In this document: piece after piece, positions 1 through 10,499 of the stretch | Layout of the letters: each line of letters starts with the position of its first letter | Position numbering within the stretch: position 1 is the stretch's first letter | DNA from: Candidatus Latescibacterota bacterium | GTDB lineage: Bacteria; Latescibacterota; CBDEFO01 | Assembly: GCA_965237525.1 (NCBI GenBank) | Contig: CBDEFO010000008.1 | Location: 1,216,001-1,280,000, forward strand | DNA length: 64,000 nt | Direction: 5' to 3' | Notes under the pieces: generated by a model | Databases searched by the model: none | Told to the model about the DNA's origin: nothing | What the model saw: only the letters and a program-made list of their open reading frames with translations | Made by a program: the position numbers and the translations under genes

Positions 1-430
1 AACATTTAGGAGAGAACCTCGTGGCCCTTGTGCTCTTCGGTTCGGAGCCAGGGGACAGGGTGATACCTACAGCGAATACGACCTTTTTGTAGTTGCAAGA
101 AATCTCCCTCTTCGCAGGATGGAGCGGCTTATGTCTCTCAGAGAGGGTATGGCGGGAAAGCTACAAGAGCGGGCAAATCTGATAGCCAAGACCAAGGACG
201 AGTTTGAGGAGGAGTTTCCCTCCTTTTTCCTGGATTTAGGGTTGGACGGCATCGTGATCTATGATACTGATGGATTTATGGAGAACAGATTGAAGAGGAT
301 CAGGGAGATTAGAGACGAGGCTGGTTTGAAAAGAGTCTAGGAAAACGGTGAGCTATACTGGGAATGGAAGTTTCAGCCCAAAGTGGAATGGGGAATAGAT
401 TGGCGAGGATATTATGATGCCTCGGACTGA
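1..430 (+). pseudogene. MNT (minimal nucleotidyltransferase) antitoxin, 5'-truncated by window, frameshifted and with internal stop
   Basis: Reads LGENLVALVLFGS, then a frame change near 44 to ARGQGDTYSEYDLFVV (GS..D.D-like motif). In-frame TAG at 338-340 is followed by ENGELYWEWK..WRGYYDASD*, overlapping the HEPN start. Confidence 0.75.
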
Positions 431-854
431 TTCGGCATATCGGCTGAGGTTGTCGGAGGGTTTCTTAAAGGAGTCCGAGGAGGATTTCAAACTTTCACGG
501 TGGAGATCGTGTGTAGATAATTCTCAAATGTCGGTTGAAAAGGGGGCAAAAGCTATTATTGCAGCAGTGAGTCCGGTCGAAAAAACTCATAATCCGTCCG
601 ATCAGATTCGTCGGTTGCTGAAAAATGGGAATCTTGACGCGTCCCTGGTCGCAGTGATCGAGGAAGCTCTACCTCTGTTCGATAAGTTAGGATTCGAAAC
701 CCATCTCTTATCAGATTATGGGGACGAATCTGCAGGAGTGGATCCGTGGGAGATATTTGACGTGAAAGACGCTGAAGACGCCTTAAAGTTAGGAAGAAAA
801 TGCTTCGACGAAGCCAAGGAAGTATATGAGTTTTACTTTGGAGCCAGAGATTAA
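414..854 (+). CDS. HEPN domain protein (MNT-HEPN pair)
   Basis: 146 aa helical ORF with SQMSVEKGAKA..KTHN..DYGDE pattern; directly follows the MNT gene. Confidence 0.8.
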   Translation: MMPRTDSAYRLRLSEGFLKESEEDFKLSRWRSCVDNSQMSVEKGAKAIIAAVSPVEKTHNPSDQIRRLLKNGNLDASLVAVIEEALPLFDKLGFETHLLSDYGDESAGVDPWEIFDVKDAEDALKLGRKCFDEAKEVYEFYFGARD

Positions 855-1072
855 GTATCAGGTCAAAATAGTCTGGACAAATCACGAGATTGCTTCGCTT
901 TCAATGACGGTTTATCTGTATCTTTCAACTGCCTGGCTTCGACCCTGGGTCATTGGGAGGGGCGTTAGCTCCGAAACAATCTCACCTATCTTCTGACTTA
1001 ACATATCCCACAACTTCTGTTATGCTACTTAGTATAGTACGAGCAGGCAGAGTCTATTAAGATCGCATCGCT

Positions 1073-1948
1073 TTATCTGATCATCTCTTTTAATTCCATA
1101 GACACTTTGAAGGGCGGTCGGCCATATTCGATCTTGAGTATGATTCTATCCTTGTTGTCTGAAAGCCATACTCTGAGGTCTGTATCTGCTCGTATAAGGT
1201 TGTTGGTGAGCAGGTCTGTCTTGGAGATATCAGACCTGCCTTCTCCCACTTTTGTAAAGATTGATTTCAAAAGCATTGCGTTAATTCTTCCCCAGGGAGA
1301 CCTTACCTTTTCCTTGGATATGACCTCTGCCACAAGGTGCCAGGGAGTTCCTTCCACATCTATGCTCATTTCGAGCTTATCTCCAACTGATAGAGGCTGT
1401 GCGGTTGTGTATATGAGAAAAGATAGAAGATCGTGCGTGTTCGGGAGGACAGGATAAGTGCTCCCGTCAGCGCGCTCGGCTCTGTGATTCTCTTGGTCGT
1501 ATCGGACTTTCAATTCCTGCGTTATGTTGCTCTGATGTATCTCCTTGCTGAAGTCTATTGAGTATCCACTCTCCAGGTCTGCCGTAGATGCGTACGTGTT
1601 GTCTACTTTGAAGACGGATGAAAAGAACCTGTTGGACTTTGTGCTCGCTCGGATGCTGTATACAGAATGTCCTTTGTTGTACGGAGTGACCGCACCGCCT
1701 TTGATGAGTGGCGTGATGTTAACTTGTACCTCCATGGCAGGGATGTTGGCATATTTTATGGAATAGACATACTTTCCGGGAAGAGGGGACAAAGCAGAAG
1801 AGCTATCGGGGAAAAAAGTGGTTGCAAGGATAAGTCCTTGAATGATTATAACTTTTTTGAATCTTGCGATCTTCATCAGGTCTTGGATTTTAGAAGAACT
1901 GACTGCGTTATTATATCCTATCTGTTTCCATGGCTTCCTGAAGTTCAT
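1073..1948 (-). CDS. DUF3108-like exported beta-rich protein
   Basis: Signal-like segment, YSIKYANIPAM..HDLLS..VWLSDNKDRIILKI pattern; true start probably downstream (MKIARF). Confidence 0.6.
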   Translation of the reverse strand: MNFRKPWKQIGYNNAVSSSKIQDLMKIARFKKVIIIQGLILATTFFPDSSSALSPLPGKYVYSIKYANIPAMEVQVNITPLIKGGAVTPYNKGHSVYSIRASTKSNRFFSSVFKVDNTYASTADLESGYSIDFSKEIHQSNITQELKVRYDQENHRAERADGSTYPVLPNTHDLLSFLIYTTAQPLSVGDKLEMSIDVEGTPWHLVAEVISKEKVRSPWGRINAMLLKSIFTKVGEGRSDISKTDLLTNNLIRADTDLRVWLSDNKDRIILKIEYGRPPFKVSMELKEMIR

Positions 1949-3221
1949 CTTTGTCCCTCACGGAGTTGACGTTCGACCTTGAGTTCACCAAAAACCCCGC
2001 GGGGATGGAAAATATAAGGGTTCCGATGAGCACACCTGCTGTGGCTGTTGTCACAAATATGTCTGAATATGCCCTCAAGGAGGCGATTTCAGAGATCATC
2101 TCTTGAGTCTTCGTAATGAGATGAAACGCTACAACACCCTGTGGGAGACAACCGATCAAGAACTCTTTTGCCTGCAAAGGTCGGGACGTAAGCATCCTGC
2201 TTGCGATAAAGCCACCTGCAGCTCTGCCAACAGATGAGGAGATTACATAGACCAGGCCTATCTTCCAGAGGCTGTACAGGGGGCTGGGAGTAAGGATCTG
2301 GGCTCCAAGTGCGCCAAAGGTGACGACCAGAAAAGTTTGCGTCACAGGTTCGCTTGCTTGGAACACAGAGTTCAAGGATATCCCTCCGTCTTTTCCCGAT
2401 CTTAAGCGTCTTTCGGCAAAAATCCCAGCTAGCATGGATGCCAGTATGTGATCTGTGCCTGTCATTTGCGATAGGATCTGTGAGAGGAAGATAGCGACAA
2501 ATGGGAGAATATAGACAGGAGGACGCCTCAAGCTGCTGTAGAACGTGCCCACTATCTCTCCTAATATCCAGCCCAAAGGGAAGGAGCCGAATATGGCGGC
2601 AGATGGCAGAGCAATCTGGTACGGCGAAAGTCCCTGGATATGCTCAGCTCGCACCAGGGCTACGACGATAGACCAGACGATGAAGGATGTGACTGTTCCA
2701 AGGGAAATGAATGCAAGTAGTGCGGTGGACGCTCCGCCTGACTGCAAGGAGAAGATAACAAACGGGGCAAGGACAGAAGCTACCGTCCCAAGGAGCAGTA
2801 ATAAAGGAGTGGGAAGCTCCGCAAAAATGAGCTTTAAGAGCACTGTAGTCACAAAGAAAGAGGCGACAGGTGGGAGGAGAGAAATTAGAGCGTTTCTCCA
2901 TCTGAATACCTGTAAAGATCCGTAAAGCTGAGCTCCGATGTGCATAGCTATCCAGCCTGCGGACAGGGCCAGTAGAGGGGATAGATAGTCTGCAATGCCC
3001 CTTGAAACAATACCCACAGGTCCAAAAGAAAGTACGATTCCGACAGCGGCATATCCTGCGATCAAGGGGAGCTTTACTCTCCCAAGGAGAGATCCGACTG
3101 CAGACGCCAATATGAGGAGACATCCGAAAGACCACAGGGGTTCGGCAGACCCAGAAAGTCCGCTCTCTTTTCCCAGATAGGCTAAACTAATCGTTATGAC
3201 AAATACAATAATACTTCTCAC
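1911..3221 (-). CDS. Cation:proton antiporter (Na+/H+ exchanger family)
   Basis: About 12 hydrophobic segments, VKLPLIAGY and CLPQGVVA motifs. Confidence 0.65.
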   Translation of the reverse strand: MRSIIVFVITISLAYLGKESGLSGSAEPLWSFGCLLILASAVGSLLGRVKLPLIAGYAAVGIVLSFGPVGIVSRGIADYLSPLLALSAGWIAMHIGAQLYGSLQVFRWRNALISLLPPVASFFVTTVLLKLIFAELPTPLLLLLGTVASVLAPFVIFSLQSGGASTALLAFISLGTVTSFIVWSIVVALVRAEHIQGLSPYQIALPSAAIFGSFPLGWILGEIVGTFYSSLRRPPVYILPFVAIFLSQILSQMTGTDHILASMLAGIFAERRLRSGKDGGISLNSVFQASEPVTQTFLVVTFGALGAQILTPSPLYSLWKIGLVYVISSSVGRAAGGFIASRMLTSRPLQAKEFLIGCLPQGVVAFHLITKTQEMISEIASLRAYSDIFVTTATAGVLIGTLIFSIPAGFLVNSRSNVNSVRDKDELQEAMETDRI

Positions 3222-3264
3222 TAGGGGTTGTCCTTATCTTTAAGGTTATGGTTCGATCTACCTA

Positions 3265-4542
3265 CTATCTACTACCTGCTTGTCTGGGATCTTGATATTG
3301 CTTTTTGACCTCTCCGGTCCTGGTCAAAGCTGTCAATATGGAATAAGGAGCAGCAAGCCGGCTGAGTATCGTCGCTGTGAGTATAGAGATTAGGGCTATG
3401 TTCTGAGAGAGAATGGGCAGAGCATCGGTGCCTATTAGAACCAGAACAAGCGAAATACTCCCACAGGGCAGGAGACCCAGTCCAAAGACCTCTCTGCCTT
3501 TGGAAATTTCTCTGGTGAACAGCCATGCCCCTATGTGGGCTCCTAGGATCTTGGCGACTCCCGCTGCGGCAAAAAGGGGCAGTGACATAACAAGGACTAT
3601 GTAAAGGTCGGGGGCGCTTTTTTCACCGATCAGGGTCCCCCAAAGGATCATGAATATTCCTTCGAGGAAAGTTGACGGGGGATTTACAAGGTTAATGACC
3701 TCTCGGCGCCTGAGCGTAGTGTTGATAAGCCAGGCTCCTGAGACGAGTCCGATGAGTATGACGGGCAGTTGGAGAGCAACCGCAAGGCCGCAACCTAAGA
3801 TGAGGGCGCCGAGCATGGGCGCTGTCTTCCTTTTGTAGTCCAGATCGTCTCTGGAGAGCATGTCCAGTAGTATCCCTGTACCGAAGCCCAGGATCACAGC
3901 CACCCCTATTTTTGCAACCCATCCAGACACTACTATCTCTTTGATTATGATGTCTCCCCTTTCCTGTGAAAGGACTGTGCATACCGTCAGAATCAGCACT
4001 ATCAAGCAGTTTGCCAAAGGCGGAGCCTCTGTCAGATAAGAAGTGACCGGTCCTGTGGAATCGACGTGGAAAGTTCTCCTGATGGCCATTGTGGAGGAGG
4101 CGGCAGCCAGGACGAGGGCGATCTGAGTCCTGTACGGGAGCAGTTGTGCAAAGACACCGGGCAGTTGAGGCATAGGAATGTAGAGAGCCAGAAAGATGAG
4201 GGTAAAAGTTGATAGCGCTTGGAATGTAATCGTCGAAAAGAGCCAGCCCGATATCTTTGTGAGGCGTCTGAACTCGATATGTCTTCCGAGATCGAATCCT
4301 ATCCATCCTACAAGAATCGTGAGAATATAATCACGTCCCTGCCCGAAATATGGTCGGATAGGCTCCGGCAGGAGCGCCATTAACAGGGACCCTATCAAAG
4401 CGTAATGTATCTTAGAGTCGACAAGATCCTGAATTCCTGCCGGGAGTTTCCTGTCTTTAAGCAGAAAAGATACCGTGAGATAGACCGCAAATAGCGCTAT
4501 AACAACTGCAAAGAAGGCTGTGTCTTTGTAGGCTGCCATCAT
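3265..4542 (-). CDS. Cation:proton antiporter family membrane protein
   Basis: Polytopic; GWIGFDLG and GLGLLPCG motifs; paired with the preceding antiporter. Confidence 0.6.
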   Translation of the reverse strand: MMAAYKDTAFFAVVIALFAVYLTVSFLLKDRKLPAGIQDLVDSKIHYALIGSLLMALLPEPIRPYFGQGRDYILTILVGWIGFDLGRHIEFRRLTKISGWLFSTITFQALSTFTLIFLALYIPMPQLPGVFAQLLPYRTQIALVLAAASSTMAIRRTFHVDSTGPVTSYLTEAPPLANCLIVLILTVCTVLSQERGDIIIKEIVVSGWVAKIGVAVILGFGTGILLDMLSRDDLDYKRKTAPMLGALILGCGLAVALQLPVILIGLVSGAWLINTTLRRREVINLVNPPSTFLEGIFMILWGTLIGEKSAPDLYIVLVMSLPLFAAAGVAKILGAHIGAWLFTREISKGREVFGLGLLPCGSISLVLVLIGTDALPILSQNIALISILTATILSRLAAPYSILTALTRTGEVKKQYQDPRQAGSR

Positions 4543-4700
4543 AATTAGTAGTCAGTAGACAGGCGCATCGCTTCCCTTCCCTCGTCAGACAGGAATGTCT
4601 GACCCACCACAAGAGTGTGTTGATAATGTAATTGGTAGAACAGAGATTCTTGTCTGTTTTTTAATTGGGAAGGAGGAGGGATGCCCTCGTTGCTGCCTAC

Positions 4701-5504
4701 TTATTTTATCCCTAACACATCTGTCATATCGTAGAGTCCGGGTTCTGCTCTTGCCACGAATCTCACAGCCCTTAAAGCTCCTGTGGCGAAGGAGTCTCTG
4801 CTCTGGGCTCTGTGCACAAGTTGTATGCTTTCGCCTATGCCTCCGAAGAGGACAGAGTGTTCGCCGACTATGTCTCCTGCCCTTACAGCGTGGATGCCTA
4901 TCTCTTGTTCGGTGCGCTCACCTGTCATGCCTTCTCTACCGTAGACAGCAGAGTCGGAAAGGTCTCTTTTTAATGCTTCTGCGACTATTTGGGCTAATTT
5001 GACCGCAGTGCCGCTCGGGGCGTCCTTCTTGAGGTTGTGATGCGTCTCTATTATCTCAACATCGTAGGCGTCGCCAAGTATCTGTGATGCCTCTTTTACC
5101 AGCTTGAAAAGGAGATTGACTCCGACGCTGAAGTTGGGAGCAAAGGCGCATGGGATGTCGGATACGGCCCTCTTAAACTGCGAAAGTTGGCTTTCGTCCA
5201 GTCCCGTGGTGCCGACCACCATGGCCACACCAGTTCTCCCGCAGATTTCTGCGGCTTCGACTGTGGCACGGGGCGCGGTGAAGTTGGTGACTACGTCGGT
5301 CTGGGATGTTATCTCCTCTAAATTGTCAGAGACACTTATCCCTAAATTACCGGCGCCGACGGTCTCTCCGATGTCGGCGCCTATAGCGCTGTGACCTGGA
5401 GTTTCCGTCCCGCCCGCAAGTTCCAGGTCGTCGCTTTCGAGGATGAGATTGGACAGCCTCACACCCATCCTTCCGGCTACTCCGCAGACGACCACTCTTG
5501 TCAT
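4701..5504 (-). CDS. dapB: 4-hydroxy-tetrahydrodipicolinate reductase
   Basis: GVAGRMG, GTTG and ETHHNLKKDAPSGTA motifs; ATG at 5504 with GAAAGGAG RBS. Confidence 0.97.
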   Translation of the reverse strand: MTRVVVCGVAGRMGVRLSNLILESDDLELAGGTETPGHSAIGADIGETVGAGNLGISVSDNLEEITSQTDVVTNFTAPRATVEAAEICGRTGVAMVVGTTGLDESQLSQFKRAVSDIPCAFAPNFSVGVNLLFKLVKEASQILGDAYDVEIIETHHNLKKDAPSGTAVKLAQIVAEALKRDLSDSAVYGREGMTGERTEQEIGIHAVRAGDIVGEHSVLFGGIGESIQLVHRAQSRDSFATGALRAVRFVARAEPGLYDMTDVLGIK

Positions 5505-5669
5505 CTGGACTTCTCCTTTCAGCCACCAAGGCACAAAGATATTAAAATTAGGCCGCGTGGCCGCTTTGATGGGGAGGTAGCAAGCCACGCCCCTATATCT
5601 CCCCTTAACAAGGGGGGAATTAAAGAGGGGTTTGTGGCCAACTTTCATCTCTCCTTTATCTTAAAAGCC

Positions 5670-5706
5670 AAAAGCGCCGGGCCTTATCAAGAACCTGACG
5701 CTTTTG
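5670..5706. terminator. Hairpin with A/T tails between dapA and dapB
   Basis: aaaagcgccggg...cctgacgctttt. Confidence 0.45.
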
Positions 5707-5732
5707 TGTTGGACTTGACCTCGCTGATGGTC

Positions 5733-6614
5733 TCAGATGGAAAAGCCGAATTCTCTCATTGCGGCTTTGAGTTTGTTGAGATTATCCTCAGACATCCTGT
5801 AAAGGGGAAGTCTCAGTTCGCCAGCGTCCATCCCCAAAAGGTTCATTGCTGTTTTGACTGGGCCAGGGCTGGTCTCGAAGAACATTGCCTGTGAAAGTGA
5901 AAGGAGTTTCTTGTGGAGTTTAAGGGCTTCGTCGAACTTTCCGTTCTCCCAGTGCCTCACCATATCGGCAACCTCTTTGGGAGCTATGTTGGCGACAACT
6001 GAGATGATGCCACTGCCTCCGACGGAGAGTATGGGCAAGGTGAGCATGTCGTCGCCGGAGATAACGGCAAAGTCGGACGAGGATTTTAGCACCACCGTGG
6101 AGATCTGGTTCAAATCGCCGCTGGCCTCTTTTATCCCGACTATGTGTGAAAGAACAGAGAGCCTGGATGTGGTCTCAGGGAGAATGTTGCTGGAGGTCCT
6201 GCCGGGGACGTTGTAGAGGACTAAAGGGAAATCTATTTCGTCGTTGATCTTCTTGTAGTGCTGAAAGATGCCCTCCTGCGTGGGCTTATTGTAGTATGGG
6301 CTGACCAGCAGCGCGCCGTCGGCTCCGGCAGCTTTGGCGTGCTTTGTGAGGGTCAGCGCCTCCTCCGTGTTGTTGGAGCCCGTTCCTGCGAGAATGGATA
6401 TTCTGCCGTTGGCAGCCTCGATTACGGCTTCCGTCACCCTTTGGTGCTCCTCGTGAGTCATAGTGGCAGATTCGCCCGTTGTCCCGCAGGGGACTATGCC
6501 GTCCGTTCCGTTTTCGATGTGGAATTCGACCTGTTCCCCGAGCTTCTTTTCATTCGGCTTTCCGTCTTTAAAGGGCGTGACGAGGGCGACAAACGATCCT
6601 CTCAGATTCAGCAT
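5733..6614 (-). CDS. dapA: 4-hydroxy-tetrahydrodipicolinate synthase
   Basis: GTTGES, LYNVPGRT and GIKEASG motifs. Confidence 0.97.
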   Translation of the reverse strand: MLNLRGSFVALVTPFKDGKPNEKKLGEQVEFHIENGTDGIVPCGTTGESATMTHEEHQRVTEAVIEAANGRISILAGTGSNNTEEALTLTKHAKAAGADGALLVSPYYNKPTQEGIFQHYKKINDEIDFPLVLYNVPGRTSSNILPETTSRLSVLSHIVGIKEASGDLNQISTVVLKSSSDFAVISGDDMLTLPILSVGGSGIISVVANIAPKEVADMVRHWENGKFDEALKLHKKLLSLSQAMFFETSPGPVKTAMNLLGMDAGELRLPLYRMSEDNLNKLKAAMREFGFSI

Positions 6615-6795
6615 CTTTTCACCTGCCTTATCAAATAAGAATTGGAAGGGGTTTCTTAATGAGGAATTTTCACGTATTCAAATTAATCAATTAACGCAGT
6701 TGTGTCAAGTTAAAATGGCAGGGCTATTCAGTAAAGTTATGTTCCACCGAAGAAAGTAACGATATTAAGGAAAACAATCAAGCTTATGGACCAAC

Positions 6796-6825
6796 AAAAA
6801 GGCCCAGTCCAAAGGGACTGAGCCT
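6796..6825 (-). terminator. Rho-independent terminator
   Basis: Minus strand aggctcagtcc-cttt-ggactgggcc followed by a T-tract, just after the extended stop at 6860. Confidence 0.7.
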
Positions 6826-6859
6826 AATCCAGAGATTTGAAGACATCCAGCAAAGGACC

Positions 6860-9082
6860 CTATCTCATCAATATGAGTTTCCTCGTCTGGACAAATGCAT
6901 CTGTCTCCATCCGATAGAAATAGACTCCGCTGGCAAGGCTCTCTCCGTTGCTATCTTTAGCGTTCCACACGACTGAGTGGCTCCCTGCATCCATCTCGCC
7001 ATCCACCAACGTTGCAACCTTTTACCCCATGATATTGAAGACAGAGATGTCAACACGGCCTCGGACGGGGAGGTCGTAATGTATCACTGTCTCATGGTTG
7101 AACGGATTGGGATAGTTCTGTCCCAGTGCAAATGTCGTGGGAGAAGCTGCCGCTATCCGAGCACTGGGTTGACTGAGTTGATCAATGATGTTATTTACTG
7201 CATCAATCAACGGTAGTCCCTCTTCAGGCAAAAGTACTCCCGCGGCGATGAAGGACTCGACGTGGTTGATGAAAGCCTGAAGCTGGTTTATTGCTGCATT
7301 AACGTTGTCCCTATCCAGTTTTTGTATTACCCGATCCAGTTTTGTTGCAAGTGAATTAGTTTGGCCTTGATTCAGTGTCCCTGAAGCGAATAGAGAATCC
7401 ACTTGATCGATCACTTCTTCGATAGCCTCTTGTGGAGTTTGAACAGTGATCGTAACTTGATCGGGAGCACTATCTTCGGTGCCGTCATTGACGACCATTT
7501 GGACTACATACTCTCCTGCCACATCGGCTACGAACGTCGGTGTAACCGGAGAAGCATTAGAGATTACAGCGGCACTACCTGTAGGTTTCGTGATGAACTC
7601 CCAGTTATAGCTTAACGAATCGGCATCTGGGTCGCTGGAACCACTGCCATCAAGTTGGACGGAGTCCCCAACAATGACTACTTGATCTGAACCCGCATCA
7701 GCTACCGGCGGTTGATTCGCGACAACAAATTCAAATCCGTTAGAGAGCGTATCTGCCTGACCGTCGGGATTTGTGACAATCACGTCCACAGTGCCAGCAG
7801 GATGAGCGGGAGTCACAGCGGTAATGGTATCGGAGGAGGCTACGGCTACACCGGTAGCTGGGCTACCATCGATAGCAACAGTCGCTCCACTCTGGAAATT
7901 GCTCCCTTTTATCACCACAGGTGTACCGCCAGATACCGGACCGGAAATGGGACTAATAGATGTCACATCAAGAGGAGGCGTCACATTAGATAGATTCAAC
8001 AACACTGACACAGTAGCGCTGCCATTATTAGCCACGGCTAAGTCATTATCACCATCTCCATCTAAATCTGTACTGAAGACTAAACGCGGACCAGCCCCAG
8101 TGGCAAAGTCCACCTTAGGGACAAATGTACCATTTCCATTGTTCAAAAACACTGATACAGTAGCGCTGGTAAAATTAGCCACAGCCAGGTCATTATCTCC
8201 ATCCCCATCTACATCTGCACTGAAAACGGATACGGGACCATCCCCAGTGCCATAGTCCACCTTAGGTGCGAATGTTCCATTCCCATTATTTAATAACACT
8301 GACACACTATCGCTTAACTCATTAGCCACAACTAAATCATTGTCTCCATCGCCATCCAAATCGACACTAGACACCGATTGCGGAGAATTCCCTACACCAT
8401 AGTCCACCTTCGGTGCAAATATTCCAAATCCGTCATTCAACAACACTGATACAGTAGCGCTGCCCGCATTAGCCACAGCCAAATCATTATCTCCGTCTCC
8501 ATCTAAATCTGCACTGAATACTGAACCGGGAAAAAGCCCGGTGGCATAGCCCACTTTGGCCGCGAATGTCCCGTCCCCATTATTCAATAACACCGACACA
8601 CTATGGCTTTGCGTATTAGACACGGCCAAGTCATTATCCCCATCCCCATCTAAATCCACACTGAAAACTGATGTAACTTCTTGACCTCCAGCAATATAGG
8701 TTACGTGTGCAACAAATGTTCCGTCTCCATTGTTCAACAACACTGACACAGTAAAATCGTCCTCATTAGCTACGGCTAAATCATTATCCCCATCCCCATC
8801 TAAATCCACACTGAAAACTGATACCGGATGGAATCCCGCACCATAGTCCACTTTAGCTGCGAATGTTCCGTCGCCATTATTCAACAACACTGATACAGTA
8901 TTGTCGGCATTAGCCACAGCCAAGTCATTATCTCCATCTCCATCTAAATCCGCACTGAAAACTGAACGGGGTTGAATCCTAACGGGATAGTCCACCTTGG
9001 GTGCGAAAGAGATCTGTGCATAGACAGGCGTATTCAAAGCGACTAACAGCACCAGAACGGTGTAGAAAATTATCTTTTTCAC
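6860..9082 (-). CDS. Secreted FG-GAP/VCBS repeat protein with IPT/TIG, PKD, FIMAH-like and T9SS/FlgD-like C-terminal domains; premature TAA at 7022-7024 in the last domain
   Basis: Signal peptide, 7x DLDGDGDNDL, ISPISGPVSGGT, NQPPVADAG and LGQNYPNPFN. The frame continues past the TAA as KVATLVDG..SGVYFYRM..RKLILMR*. Confidence 0.85.
7990..9010 (-). repeat. Seven ~150-bp coding tandem repeats (FG-GAP blades)
   Basis: Recurring tcattatc(t/c)cc(a/g)tc(t/c)ccatctaaatc unit. Confidence 0.85.
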
Positions 9083-9250
9083 TTTAGGTCCCCCCTTTTT
9101 GGGATTGGCGAAACATCGACTATACTAAAGTCCGGGCAAATTTGCGTCATCTCCTCATCCGTAGGCTGAAGATGGCTTACTGAATGTTCATCTTAATGCA
9201 CTTTGTAGCAACTATCTCGATGAAGATACTCAAACCTTAACGGTTATTTA

Positions 9251-10441
9251 TCAAATGAAATCGGTGCACTTCTCTTTCGATCTTTGATTGATCTTGAATG
9301 ATAGGTTTTCGACAATCTTTGGTTTCTGTTCTTTTTCAAAATGGATGTATAATTGTTCTTCTTTTAGGTTCCATTCAGCCAGGACAAAGTAGTTGGTGTA
9401 AGAGGAGGGAAGAGATACTTTCTCATTTAGGACATCGATAAAGGCTTTATCTGTCTGTTCTGTGTCCTGTTTGACTTGTCTGATAAAATAGGTCTTGGGA
9501 ATGAAATCTTTCTCGTTTGACTTCTCTTGCTTAGGTGGACGGTAGCCGGTGTATCTCTGTGATGAAAGATTAAACCATTCTAACTTCTGATCAACTTCTT
9601 GTAAGCTTTTGAACTGAATTCTGTTCCAGAACTTCCTTGAAAATACAGAATTGTTGCCTTCTATAGATGCTTGAGAAAAGGGCCTTCTGGGAACGGCAAA
9701 TATCGGAATCACTTGATTTTTCAAGAGAAACTGCATTGCTTTGCTGACATTCCTTTTACCTGAAACACTGCCAATAGTCGCCGAGCAATTGTCCACCTTA
9801 ACGAAATCTGGTTTTTCAAACCTGTCAAAGAAAGACTGACACTTCTCGATAAAGTTAGTTGCTGTTTGACCGTCAACCCGCCGAAAATACCTTAACTTAG
9901 GCTCTTTCTTAAAGGAAAATCCAACGAAGTTGACCGGCTCAGTTCTGCCGGTAAGATACTTTTTACCAATAAAGTCTGATTCTAGGACTCTGCCTCCTGA
10001 AAGATAGTAAATGGTATACTCTGGATAACAAAGATAACGAGATGCACCCTTGTTTTTACCTTTCTTCCTTCTCTGGGAAAGTCCTAAATCTGAAAGCATT
10101 CTGCCGATAGTCGGCAACGACGGAGGAGGGGTGCTAGAATATCGATTCCTCCATTCTTGTTCAATAACAGTGGCTCCTGAATAGAACTGATAAGGATCGT
10201 CCTCTAAGCTATGGTAAATCTCTTTGATTCTCTGTTCGTCAACTTTAGCCAATTTTCGCCTTTTTCCTTTTGGCCAACCCCGATTATCCATGGCAAAATC
10301 CTGATCCGGAGATTTAGTCCAAGCCGTAACGAAATCATTGGAAACTCTCGCTTGTTTGATAACTTCTCGCTTTGACATTTCTTTCTTAAAATACATCTCG
10401 TTGACTTCTTGTCTTAATACGGCCAATCTCTCTTTGTCCAT
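9251..10441 (-). mobile_element. rve/IS481-like DDE transposase
   Basis: N-terminal HTH-like region; putative DDE in ESDFIG / KVDNC / SIEGNN; element ends not resolved. Confidence 0.7.
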
Positions 10442-10499
10442 AGGACTCCGTAGATTAAAGTTAAGACAATCAACTCAACTTAATCTACTAATACTCTAA

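Noticed and set aside
5505..5648. N-terminal extensions in the ORF track for dapB (likewise the rmlA-like gene, thyX, pal and the B12 subunit)
   Set aside because: They mostly translate through REP or intergenic sequence; better RBS-linked starts lie downstream.
6615..6790. Lysine riboswitch upstream of dapA
   Set aside because: Short AT-rich region without L-box motifs.
7990..9010. CRISPR array or DGR template/variable repeats
   Set aside because: The repeats are in-frame protein blades; no cas or reverse transcriptase gene is in the window and no adenine-specific pair was seen.
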